63,098 nucleotides of DNA from a virus (Duplodnaviria; Caudoviricetes), in the IMG/VR virus record IMGVR_UViG_3300044641_004951, positions 1 to 63,098 of that record, one strand, 5' to 3'. The notes below the pieces were generated by a model. It had not been told where the DNA came from. It saw nothing but the letters and a program-made list of their open reading frames with translations, and did not search any database. The translations under genes and the position numbers were made by a program. Of this stretch, positions 40,080 to 48,997 are shown piece by piece. Every line of letters starts with the position of its first letter. The stretch's first letter is position 1.

Positions 40080-41881
40080 ATCTTAAGCGATATTACATCG
40101 ACTTGAATGTCGGGATCTCTGATGGTAAGAATTTGATTTTTAAACGCTGTAATATCCTTTTCTACTGGTACTACATAGACGTGAGCATGAGTGCCGGATG
40201 CAGGAGTATAACTATCAATATTAAGATTAGTAAAGCTTACTTTACCGGATGCATAATCTACCGTTCCAACTACAGCAAGTAAAGTTTCACTTTCTACCCC
40301 TTCAATAGTATACAGTCCTAAAACACCGTTACCGTCATCTTTCACATAACATGATTTACCATCTTTCTCTAATACTGTAGTTCTAACTGCCGGTATTTGA
40401 GCCCTTACTATATCATCGTAAGAGATTGTATAAGACGTAGTCAAAGGCATTCCAAATTCTAATACTTCTTTAAATACTTCACCAGATATTGGTGATATAA
40501 TCTTAAAGGGCGATACGTACAGATCACAGCTAACGATGGAAGAGTGTGCAGAATTAACATCTTCTACTAATTTACTGTACCTTAAGGTCTTTTTGAATCC
40601 ATCTAAGTTACTCTCATTGTAGGTACTCACAACACCTGCAACGAGCGTCTTAATGTCGTTTTGCTTGAGAGTAGTTACGTTGGTGTTATATCTTACGTTA
40701 GCATAAACCTCAGTATACAAGTACTTAGGATCAACGAACACCGGGTCAATAGAAACTGGACTTCTAGGCTTTAAAAACGCATAAAATCTTTGCTTGTCTG
40801 CAGTAGAGGCGGTTTCACCGGCCTTCATATCTACAGAAACAAAAACTTTTCCGTAAACCGGAGGGTCATAGTCTTCCCCTCCAAAAGCTGAAACTGCGTT
40901 AACGTCGCTAAAGTTTCTAAGCATTAAGCTCTCATAATCATCAACAGTAACTGCACGCTCTTGATTTTGATAATGTTTAGTGGCGTTAAATTTAATAGAC
41001 TTAATATCTTCACTCACACTACCACCGGTGGCTGCATTTACAGTAGTAATAATTGAAATATTACTTTGCCCGCTAATAGAACCGTCTATATCAAAAGTTC
41101 TAGAACCATTAGGTTCTGTGCCTGAGCATACCCTGTATTCAGCAGCTATCACGGCACCAGCGGCGGGCTTTCTACCAATGACATTATCTCCGAATAAAAT
41201 CTCATACTGCTCATTCTCAGCGGCCTGTAAGAAGTACACCTGTGAATTTGCTTCTACACCTAAGAATGATGATACTCTAGTATAAATGAAGGAATTAGCA
41301 CCGTTATTTTCATATACTACAACCGATAGACTTGACGTATCGATAGTAGGATTTGAAAGAATTAATCTTTGAGCTGTATTAGCCGGGGTAAATACAAACG
41401 ATTCACTTATGTAACTTCCTTCGTAAATAGCCGTGTTTACGTAAAACTTACCATCGGTATTAGCATTAACGACTTGTAATTCTTGAGTACTAAAGGTAAA
41501 GTTATTTGATCCTATTCTCGTAGAGAATGATGTTCCTTTAGGTATCACTAAGGATGAAAGAGATGAGGAAGGAGTGATATTAAACGTTACCTGAGCCTGA
41601 GCTGACGTATAAGAGCGCGGGACGTAGTTCAATTCCTTAGCATGGGATACAACGCTGTCTTTAAGCTGGGCGGTATCTAAGAACATCTCACTTGCTACCA
41701 TGTTAAGGTAGAAGTTATTAAGGTAGGTGTTATACGCTAGAACATCGATAAAACTACTAATGTTAGAGCCTTCAAAATCTACATCCTTAAAAGGTGAATC
41801 CGAGCGCTTTAAATAGCTCTTAAGATTATCTTTAATCTGATTAAAATCTAGACCGGCTAGGTCTATACTGGTGTTAGCCAT
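40076..41881 (-). CDS. gp6: Baseplate wedge subunit (T4 gp6-like)
   Basis: LDFNQIKDNLK, DFEGSNIS..DVLAYNT, EMFLDTAQLKDSVVSHAKELNYVP, QERAVTVDDY. Confidence 0.93.
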   Translation of the reverse strand: MANTSIDLAGLDFNQIKDNLKSYLKRSDSPFKDVDFEGSNISSFIDVLAYNTYLNNFYLNMVASEMFLDTAQLKDSVVSHAKELNYVPRSYTSAQAQVTFNITPSSSLSSLVIPKGTSFSTRIGSNNFTFSTQELQVVNANTDGKFYVNTAIYEGSYISESFVFTPANTAQRLILSNPTIDTSSLSVVVYENNGANSFIYTRVSSFLGVEANSQVYFLQAAENEQYEILFGDNVIGRKPAAGAVIAAEYRVCSGTEPNGSRTFDIDGSISGQSNISIITTVNAATGGSVSEDIKSIKFNATKHYQNQERAVTVDDYESLMLRNFSDVNAVSAFGGEDYDPPVYGKVFVSVDMKAGETASTADKQRFYAFLKPRSPVSIDPVFVDPKYLYTEVYANVRYNTNVTTLKQNDIKTLVAGVVSTYNESNLDGFKKTLRYSKLVEDVNSAHSSIVSCDLYVSPFKIISPISGEVFKEVLEFGMPLTTSYTISYDDIVRAQIPAVRTTVLEKDGKSCYVKDDGNGVLGLYTIEGVESETLLAVVGTVDYASGKVSFTNLNIDSYTPASGTHAHVYVVPVEKDITAFKNQILTIRDPDIQVDVISLKI

Positions 41882-42309
41882 TATCTGATCCTATCTAGAA
41901 GTATGTTCATAACTACAGGCTCAGATCTATTTATTACACTGAAAACCAAAGTAATAACATAGCCATTTTCATCTGGGTACGGCGAAACTTCTAACTTTAA
42001 AACTTGTGCTCTTGGTTCGTAATTTTCTAAAGCATTATTTACCAGAGTCCTTAAATCACTCTCTGAAGCGGACGACATATTTTCAAACAGAATGCTGTAT
42101 ATACCTGATCCAAAAGACGGGTTAAAAAATCTTTCTCCCTTTCTAGTCAGTAGTATATTACGAATAGCATTTTTAACTGAATCTTCATTTTCAGTAACAG
42201 ATATGTCCCGGGTGTTAGGATGGGCCTGCATCAATGAATTAATATCTGAATAATATACAGGTTTAATATCTTTAGGAGATTTAAATTGTGAGCGTCTTAC
42301 TACTGCCAT
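41881..42309 (-). CDS. gp25: Baseplate wedge subunit (T4 gp25-like)
   Basis: AIRNILLTRKGERFFNPSFGS..LFE...YEPR. Confidence 0.92.
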   Translation of the reverse strand: MAVVRRSQFKSPKDIKPVYYSDINSLMQAHPNTRDISVTENEDSVKNAIRNILLTRKGERFFNPSFGSGIYSILFENMSSASESDLRTLVNNALENYEPRAQVLKLEVSPYPDENGYVITLVFSVINRSEPVVMNILLDRIR

Positions 42310-42312
42310 TTC

Positions 42313-43056
42313 TTATCCTATCTTTACCTTACCTGACCCTGAAATTATCTTACCGGTAATTAAGTCCACATCATCTCCAATGCGGGCGGCAAACTGAGTA
42401 CCTTGACATATAGTTACCGACGCCCCATCAATAGATATATTTCCATCTACCTTTAGTGTATAGTCACCTTTAATATACTCGATCTTATTTTTTGCAGTTA
42501 GATCTATTACATCACCTATAGACTTAATTACGAGTCTACCATCACTAGTTATCTCGACATATGTACCGCTTTTATGATATAAATTAATTCTCTCATTATT
42601 TGGCGTATCATCTATCTCTATTAAATGCCCTGATTTAGTTTTTAAAACTTTATTATTAGGATATACAGTACGAGTGATCGATGGTTCAGGCTCATTAGGT
42701 AACAAATTATCTTTTCTATTTGAAATGTCGTTGCCTATAGTTTCTACAGGTAGATCATTACCATATAGGGTACCCATAATGACAGGTAAGTTGCATTCGT
42801 GACCGTCCATAAAGAATCCTACCACCGTACTTCCTTTTTCAATACCTGTAGGAGATAATCCTACAGTGTCAAATGAAGCGCTAGTTGGATGCATTAATAT
42901 TCTTGCCCACGGTAAGCGGTCTGTAGGGAGCTGGGCTTTATTTTCCGAATGTAAGCTTATAACTCTAATTCTTACACGCCCGGTCCTTTCAGGATCATTA
43001 ATATCCTCTACACGTGCAATAAACCATCTAAAGCCTTGAGCTCCAATATTATTCAT
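42313..43056 (-). CDS. gp5: Baseplate hub / spike protein (gp5-like, no lysozyme domain)
   Basis: VEDINDP...GRVRIR...LPWA, VVGFFMDG...PVIMG OB-fold; YPNNKV..TKSGHLIEIDDTPNNERI. Confidence 0.88.
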   Translation of the reverse strand: MNNIGAQGFRWFIARVEDINDPERTGRVRIRVISLHSENKAQLPTDRLPWARILMHPTSASFDTVGLSPTGIEKGSTVVGFFMDGHECNLPVIMGTLYGNDLPVETIGNDISNRKDNLLPNEPEPSITRTVYPNNKVLKTKSGHLIEIDDTPNNERINLYHKSGTYVEITSDGRLVIKSIGDVIDLTAKNKIEYIKGDYTLKVDGNISIDGASVTICQGTQFAARIGDDVDLITGKIISGSGKVKIG

Positions 43057-44261
43057 TATAGTTTTACCAGTTTATGACAGTCCGTAGTAACCGTATATTC
43101 TGTATGAGGATATAGCTTTAGACTGTGTCTTAATTTAGTGATAATAAATGGTGAATCTATATCCTTGTTATCCGATCTATTCAAGTCCCATCCAGGAGCC
43201 TGTATCTTAATAAACCTACCTACACTAAGCAAGTTATTACCATACATTACACATCTTACTACGAACTGATTAAATTTAATTAAATTCATTTTAATTTTGT
43301 CGTTATTTTCTATTCTAAAATCATTAGGCTTACTAGAATCCTTAGCCATAAAATATGAATAGTAACTTTTATTTTGCTTATTTTGATTGCTGCTAAAATT
43401 AGTTGAGTATCCTTGATCATTTAAAATTCTAGTCTTATTTTTTTCTTTAGTTTTAAGATCGAACGAGTTAGTAGTACTTGCAAATCCACCCGAGCTAATC
43501 TGAGCCGCCGTGTTAAATCTTGATATGTATTCTAAATTTAATAAGCCGAAATATCTTTGCCCGTCTTTGTCTTGAGTCAGCTGCTGGGCTGTATAAACAT
43601 AAGGATTAATTAAAATATCTTTATCTATGTCTTCATAATTATTAATTAAATGACGGAGTGACTTAAAATTAAATCCTTCTCTATTTTCATAGAATAAAAA
43701 CGGTGTTAAATTATCTACCGATCTTTGACGTATAAAGTCTATAGCAGCAAATGGTGATAAATTAGGTATAACTATATCCTGAAGTCCTTGAGCTAGACTT
43801 CTGTTGTAAATAGGTTTACTAGTCTCTAAGTCATTAGTTAGAATATTTTCTACAATAGCATTACTAATATCTTTGTAATGTCGGTCTATTCGATATCCAT
43901 TATTAATAAACTCTACACTAACTCCATTTAATGTATATACAATACCGTTATTTAAACCGAACGTTTGTATTCCGTTCATACTGTAAATAGCAAACTTATA
44001 TTTACTTAATGTGTCAATGTGTAATGATCTAAATTCTATCTCTACTACTTCTTCACCCTTTATAGGTATAGTATTAATTAAATTTATAGAATCTAGCAGG
44101 GTAATTTGCGCTCTAATTAAAGGGTAATCAATATCTTCAAAAATTTCTACGTTATGTACCAACGCTCTAATATCTAGATCCACGTGAGTTCTAGATGCAT
44201 TAGTTAGTTTTATAGCAACTACCTCAGCACTTTGTAACGATATATTTTTACTGTCGCTCAT
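43056..44261 (-). CDS. Baseplate hub protein (gp27-like)
   Basis: Lies between gp53 and gp5; IFEDI...DSINL...PIKGEE, IPNLSPF.AI, FLFYENREGFNFKSL. Confidence 0.6.
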   Translation of the reverse strand: MSDSKNISLQSAEVVAIKLTNASRTHVDLDIRALVHNVEIFEDIDYPLIRAQITLLDSINLINTIPIKGEEVVEIEFRSLHIDTLSKYKFAIYSMNGIQTFGLNNGIVYTLNGVSVEFINNGYRIDRHYKDISNAIVENILTNDLETSKPIYNRSLAQGLQDIVIPNLSPFAAIDFIRQRSVDNLTPFLFYENREGFNFKSLRHLINNYEDIDKDILINPYVYTAQQLTQDKDGQRYFGLLNLEYISRFNTAAQISSGGFASTTNSFDLKTKEKNKTRILNDQGYSTNFSSNQNKQNKSYYSYFMAKDSSKPNDFRIENNDKIKMNLIKFNQFVVRCVMYGNNLLSVGRFIKIQAPGWDLNRSDNKDIDSPFIITKLRHSLKLYPHTEYTVTTDCHKLVKL

Positions 44262-45103
44262 AATAGCTGATCAAGTTGACTTTCTATAACGCCTAAAAAT
44301 GCCTTATCTAATATAAGAATATGTTTTCTGCTTTCGTTTAATTCCTCTTCATATTCATAACTAGTAACATATTCCCAATATACAGCTTCATTACTATCTA
44401 TCGATGTGTACAAGGTATTCGAGGAGGTTGCAGTAGTATTAGCCGTGTTAGATAAAGTGTAAACCGTATTAGCAATAAACGTACCTATAACGTCTTTGAC
44501 GGTAAGGGTGTTCTTACTACTATCCATTACTCTACCGCTACCGGACAAAGTTCCTGCGGAATACTGGTAAATATTATCACCTGCTACTATCGGTGTGTTG
44601 TTACTAACGGCAAGCGAAAGTATTTTGTTAGTTTCGACTGAAAAATCTACATTTTTACGCACGTAGCTGGTAGCAGTAGTGCTACCACTATCCGACGGCG
44701 CCCAATATTTTTTAGCATAAGCAGGTAATGCATCATAGTACGATGACGTAATGATACTGTCGTCCTTATACCAATTGTTACGCCAGAAAGCTATTTGACG
44801 ATTTGCATTCTCAAACGAACCATATTTTTTATTAATAAAGCTATTAAATTCGTTAGTACTTAACGGCCATTGATAGTAAGGATCCGTAATGTTATTGCAT
44901 AGGTAAACTAACCAGTCATACCTTGCATCACCATAATAGTCAGCAGCAATGATATCCGGTCTTTCACCCTCTTTAATTACATATGGATAAAAGACTGTTG
45001 TATATTTTTTAGTAAGATTATTAATTGCTATCTTAACTAAAATATTATTTACATTGTAACCGTTGTAAGTTACTTCAGGGAATCTACCTAGGAATGTAAA
45101 CAT
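44258..45103 (-). CDS. gp53: Baseplate wedge subunit (T4 gp53-like)
   Basis: YVIKEGERPDIIAADYYGD..YDWLV...NNITDPYYQWPL; YEYEEELNESRK.I. Confidence 0.9.
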   Translation of the reverse strand: MFTFLGRFPEVTYNGYNVNNILVKIAINNLTKKYTTVFYPYVIKEGERPDIIAADYYGDARYDWLVYLCNNITDPYYQWPLSTNEFNSFINKKYGSFENANRQIAFWRNNWYKDDSIITSSYYDALPAYAKKYWAPSDSGSTTATSYVRKNVDFSVETNKILSLAVSNNTPIVAGDNIYQYSAGTLSGSGRVMDSSKNTLTVKDVIGTFIANTVYTLSNTANTTATSSNTLYTSIDSNEAVYWEYVTSYEYEEELNESRKHILILDKAFLGVIESQLDQLL

Positions 45104-46143
45104 TATAGTAATTGTTCTTTATTGCTTAGCGTTTTAACTACATCTTCTCGAGTTACTGGTCTAACTTCCGAGAAATTAAGATCTAGTGCTACTTCTACCG
45201 GCTCAAAGCCATTTTTAAAGAATACAGGTACGTTATTAGGTGCATAATTAACCGAAATACCGCTTAATACACTTCGGTACATAGTATATAAAGAATAAGA
45301 ATCTACTCTAGTAGATAGTTCTATAATGCAGCTATCAGGATATTTTAATAAAAGACCCTGTCCGGCTGATGTAGGAAGCATTCTAGTTTTAAATATGTTT
45401 ACTATGCGTCGTAATTTTACCGATTCCTCAAAGGAGTTAGGTGATAGCTTAAAAGAAAAGTTATGACTTCTTAATTCAGTACCCTCAAAAAATAAAGATT
45501 GAAACGGATTTAAAGTAGTACCTGTAATGTAATCAACTGCTCGTGCAGTATCTTGACTAACGTTAGATAGTGCATATCTTATAGCAGATAAAGCAACAGA
45601 GTCTGGACCGCTAAAGTCTTCTTTAGCTTGTGCAGCTCTGTTTCTTGCATTATCTACTATTATCTTTAACTTAGCCTGGCTTTCATTAATCGTACTCTCA
45701 GTTAAAATTCTGTATATATCATTAGGTATACCAGTCTGTAACCCATACCCAAATAATGTTCCTAATGATGTGCCTTGATAATTAGTCTTAAAAGAGTCAA
45801 TTAAAGTACTAGGCATCGGTAAACGTATTCTATATGTTATGTCGTTACCTTCAACCTGTGCAAAGTTTGCGTTGTGATAATTCTTTTCTGAGAAAGTAAA
45901 GGTAATAAAATAACTTACATTATCAATATCAGAAGGAAAGCTTATGAATTTTGGATCTCTGGTAGATACACCGGAAGTTTCCTCAGGTGATTTAGGCTGC
46001 ACGTAATTAAACGCGGGTATCGGTCTAGGCTGATTAGGCTTAACCGTTTTACTTTCTAGACCTAGTCCTTGAGTGACTAGCGTTAAGCTATCACTTGCCT
46101 TGCCCGCATATCCTCTTATTTGACTTCCTATAGATGTAGCCAT
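45103..46143 (-). CDS. gp48: Baseplate tail-tube cap (T4 gp48-like)
   Basis: LPMP, NPFQSLFFEGTELRSHNFSFKLSP..EES, V+YAP, LDLNFSE. Confidence 0.8.
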   Translation of the reverse strand: MATSIGSQIRGYAGKASDSLTLVTQGLGLESKTVKPNQPRPIPAFNYVQPKSPEETSGVSTRDPKFISFPSDIDNVSYFITFTFSEKNYHNANFAQVEGNDITYRIRLPMPSTLIDSFKTNYQGTSLGTLFGYGLQTGIPNDIYRILTESTINESQAKLKIIVDNARNRAAQAKEDFSGPDSVALSAIRYALSNVSQDTARAVDYITGTTLNPFQSLFFEGTELRSHNFSFKLSPNSFEESVKLRRIVNIFKTRMLPTSAGQGLLLKYPDSCIIELSTRVDSYSLYTMYRSVLSGISVNYAPNNVPVFFKNGFEPVEVALDLNFSEVRPVTREDVVKTLSNKEQLL

Positions 46144-46174
46144 AAATACCTTTAGTTATAATTGTTTATTTATA
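46141..46174. promoter_or_regulatory. Divergent late promoters between gp48 and gp4
   Basis: CATAAATA on + (46141-46148) and TATAAATA on - (46167-46174). Confidence 0.65.
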
Positions 46175-46178
46175 GTGT

Positions 46179-46619
46179 ATGACATACAAGGGATTTTTTA
46201 AACCTAAGAACCCACGTAAGTACAAGGGTGACCCGACTTGCATTATTTACCGTAGTTCATGGGAACTTAAACTTATGGACTATTTAGATAGGCACCCAGA
46301 TATACTTATGTGGGAAAGCGAGGAATTTTTTATTCCTTATCGTTCACCTATTGACAATAAAATACATCGGTACTTTCCAGATTTTAAAATTACTAAGAAG
46401 GTAGATGGAAATAAAACAGAAACACTAGTCATAGAGGTTAAACCGAAATCACAATCAATACCACCAGTGATGAAAAAAAGCAAGCCAGATAAAAAATATA
46501 TTAGAGAAGCAGTTACCTATGGAATTAACGAGGCTAAATGGAAAGCTGCCCGTGCTTATTGCGCCGATAGGATGTGGAAATTCTTAGTGATGACAGAAGA
46601 TGAATTAGGTATAAAGTAA
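46179..46619 (+). CDS. gp4: Head completion nuclease (T4 gp4-like)
   Basis: YKGDPT.IIYRSSWELK, WESEE..IPY, HRYFPDF, IEVKP, NEAKWKAA. Confidence 0.92.
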   Translation: MTYKGFFKPKNPRKYKGDPTCIIYRSSWELKLMDYLDRHPDILMWESEEFFIPYRSPIDNKIHRYFPDFKITKKVDGNKTETLVIEVKPKSQSIPPVMKKSKPDKKYIREAVTYGINEAKWKAARAYCADRMWKFLVMTEDELGIK

Positions 46620-47212
46620 TGGAAACAATCTTTGGCAATTACTTACAAAAAGCTATTCAGACCGCCTCTATGGAAAAAAATACCGAGGCAGCAAGAACTT
46701 GGCTTAGAAATAAAGCGTCATCCCTTAGACGTAATCCTATGACTATTATTAATGCAAGTAGTACTCGTGCTGCGTCTCTAGGATCTGTAGGTCAAATGTT
46801 TTTATTTTCATACAACCCTAAGTATAAAGAAGAGTTACCATACTACGATAAATTTCCGCTTGTTTTTCCTATACAAGGAATGAGTAACGGGGTATTAGGC
46901 ATTAATATGCATTACCTGCCGCTACCATACAGGGCTAAATTAATGGATGCATTATATGATACGGTTAATAATGATGCCATGGACTCAAGTACAAGACTTA
47001 AAATATCGTATGAAATACTTAATAAAGCGTCTAAATTTAAATACTTTAAGCCATGTGTAAAGCACTATCTATATAATCATGTAGATTCTAGAGTAATATA
47101 CATTGATGCTAAAGAATGGGATGTGGCGTTGTTTTTACCACTGCAGCGCTTCCAGAAGGCTTCAACAGCCAGTGTTTATCGAGATAGTAGAAAACTAATA
47201 ACTAAAGGATAG
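46619..47212 (+). CDS. gp2: DNA end protector protein (T4 gp2-like)
   Basis: YNPKYKEELPYYDKFPLV, GINMHYLP, FKPCVKHYL. Confidence 0.92.
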   Translation: METIFGNYLQKAIQTASMEKNTEAARTWLRNKASSLRRNPMTIINASSTRAASLGSVGQMFLFSYNPKYKEELPYYDKFPLVFPIQGMSNGVLGINMHYLPLPYRAKLMDALYDTVNNDAMDSSTRLKISYEILNKASKFKYFKPCVKHYLYNHVDSRVIYIDAKEWDVALFLPLQRFQKASTASVYRDSRKLITKG

Positions 47213-47214
47213 AA

Positions 47215-48111
47215 ATGGCTGATATAGGAGTATTAGTAGGAGGTGCTCAAACTGCTGCAAGCGGCCTACTACAAGTTAAAGGCATACTAGATAAACTAGC
47301 CGGTAAAAAGCCCTCGGCACCGGAACCTGGACCGACAGGATCCTTAAGTGCGTTCCGCTCACATTTTATTAAAGAAGGTATTCTTAGAAGCAATAGATTC
47401 CTAGTACAGTTTAGTATACCTTTACTTTTTAATACGGGTGAGACGGGAAGGCAAAAATCACACGATAAAGCAAGATTTATATTACCATTTGTATGCTTGG
47501 CCGGCAACATGCCAGGAGTATCAGTTTCGACAAGTGAGGTGAGAAGGCATGGTGTAGGACCAGTAGAAAAACGTCCTTATTCGGTCACCTTCGTCGATTT
47601 AAATTTATCATTTTTAGTAGATAGTAGAGGTATTATTCATCAATTTTTTAAAGAATGGATTGATGGTATAGTTAGGTTTGACCGGTTAGTAACTAATCCC
47701 GAAGGATTTGCATATCAAGAACCATATGAAGTTGAATACAGAAATAATTATGTTACAGATATAGAAATTTACATCTATAACGATAAATTACAGCAGATAT
47801 ACAAAGTTAAGTTATTCAATGCCTTTCCATTATTCATGGGGGATGTTTCTCTTAATTGGGGTGCAACTGATGACTTCGTAACACTACCGGTTTCATTTTC
47901 TTATACGAGCTGGACTTCTGAAGTGCTCGATGTTTCTAACGAAGCATCATCAAATAGACCACCTGGTCTATTTGAAAAGTTGGTAGCAGCTGCATCAGCT
48001 TTAAACTTACTTGCTACTATTAAACGACCAACCAGCGTTGGAGATGTTCTTAACATCGTAAATGCATCAACAAGTGCAGTATCTGGATTGCAAAAAATCT
48101 ATAAACAATAG
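47215..48111 (+). CDS. Tail tube initiator / tube-family protein (gp54/gp19-like)
   Basis: RSNRFLV, MPG, FFKEW, Y.NNY..DI.I, LFNAFP....V.L.W, LPVSFSY..W. Confidence 0.7.
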   Translation: MADIGVLVGGAQTAASGLLQVKGILDKLAGKKPSAPEPGPTGSLSAFRSHFIKEGILRSNRFLVQFSIPLLFNTGETGRQKSHDKARFILPFVCLAGNMPGVSVSTSEVRRHGVGPVEKRPYSVTFVDLNLSFLVDSRGIIHQFFKEWIDGIVRFDRLVTNPEGFAYQEPYEVEYRNNYVTDIEIYIYNDKLQQIYKVKLFNAFPLFMGDVSLNWGATDDFVTLPVSFSYTSWTSEVLDVSNEASSNRPPGLFEKLVAAASALNLLATIKRPTSVGDVLNIVNASTSAVSGLQKIYKQ

Positions 48112-48119
48112 AGGTTATT

Positions 48120-48827
48120 ATGGCTTTACCAAAAATCAGTTATCCAATTTTTAATATTACTATTCCTTCCCTGGATAAGGAAGTAAAGTTTAGATCTTTC
48201 TTAGTGAAAGATGAAAAGGTTCTGCTTGTTGCTCAAAACAGCAAAGACCCTAAAGACGTGGTGTTAGCTATCAAACAAGTAATTAATAACTGCGTGCTAG
48301 AAGATATTAACGTAGACAGTTTAGCTACCTTTGATCTTGAGTACATCTTCGTCAAGTTAAGGGCCAAATCAGTAAACAACATCATCGAGCTAAAATACAT
48401 TGATCCCGATGATGGAGAGAAGTACGACATTAATATTGATATCGATAAGATTGAAGTAATAAACCTAAACAAAAAAGATAAGAAGATTCCTATTAATAGC
48501 ACTACCGGGATGATTCTTAAGTATCCTAACGCTAATATAGTTTATGATATTAAAGACGTCAGTGATGAAACTGAAATGTTCTTCTCCATTCTTAAGCACT
48601 GTGTAGACAGTATATACGACAAAGATAAAATTTATAGTGCAGGGGACTACACGGTGGAGGAGGTCGAAGAGTTTATATCGGAACTGGACGTCAAAACTCT
48701 ACAAAATGTTCAGCAATTCTTCGAAGGAATGCCCCGCTTACATTATGCGGCTGAATACAAGACTAAGACCGGAGAAGTAAAGAAGTTAGAACTTAATACT
48801 CTGAGCGATTTTTTTACGCTGGGCTGA
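48120..48827 (+). CDS. gp26: Baseplate hub assembly protein (T4 gp26-like)
   Basis: MALPKI..P, FRSFLVKDEKVLL, FDLEYIFVKLRAKSV, FFEGMPRL, terminal DFF. Confidence 0.9.
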   Translation: MALPKISYPIFNITIPSLDKEVKFRSFLVKDEKVLLVAQNSKDPKDVVLAIKQVINNCVLEDINVDSLATFDLEYIFVKLRAKSVNNIIELKYIDPDDGEKYDINIDIDKIEVINLNKKDKKIPINSTTGMILKYPNANIVYDIKDVSDETEMFFSILKHCVDSIYDKDKIYSAGDYTVEEVEEFISELDVKTLQNVQQFFEGMPRLHYAAEYKTKTGEVKKLELNTLSDFFTLG

Positions 48828-48997
48828 GTCATAATTCTCTAGCAAACTACTACCAAGTAGTATTTGCCCTGGCTCAGCATCACAAATGGTCAGTTACTGA
48901 AATTGAAGAAATGATACCTTTTGAGAGGGATTTATATGTAGAGATGTTAATGGAGTATCTGCAGACAGAAAAAGAAAAAATAACTAAAAATGGCTGA
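48824..48997 (+). CDS. gp51: Baseplate hub assembly protein (gp51-like); no ATG before its conserved N-terminus, so either a CTG start or a frameshift from gp26
   Basis: Not in the ORF track. Manual translation gives LSHNSLANYYQVVFALAQHHKWSVTEIEEMIPFERDLYVEMLMEYL...KNG*, the typical gp51 pattern. Confidence 0.85.
   Translation: MSHNSLANYYQVVFALAQHHKWSVTEIEEMIPFERDLYVEMLMEYLQTEKEKITKNG

Noticed and set aside
25370-41285. Plus-strand ORFs opposite the structural genes
   Set aside because: They are antisense shadows of Asn/Thr/Val-rich genes and lie entirely within well-supported minus-strand CDSs.
46179-46619. TnsA-like nuclease as a Tn7 transposon
   Set aside because: The motifs and the position next to gp2 identify it as the T4 gp4 head completion protein; there is no tnsB/tnsC and no transposon ends.
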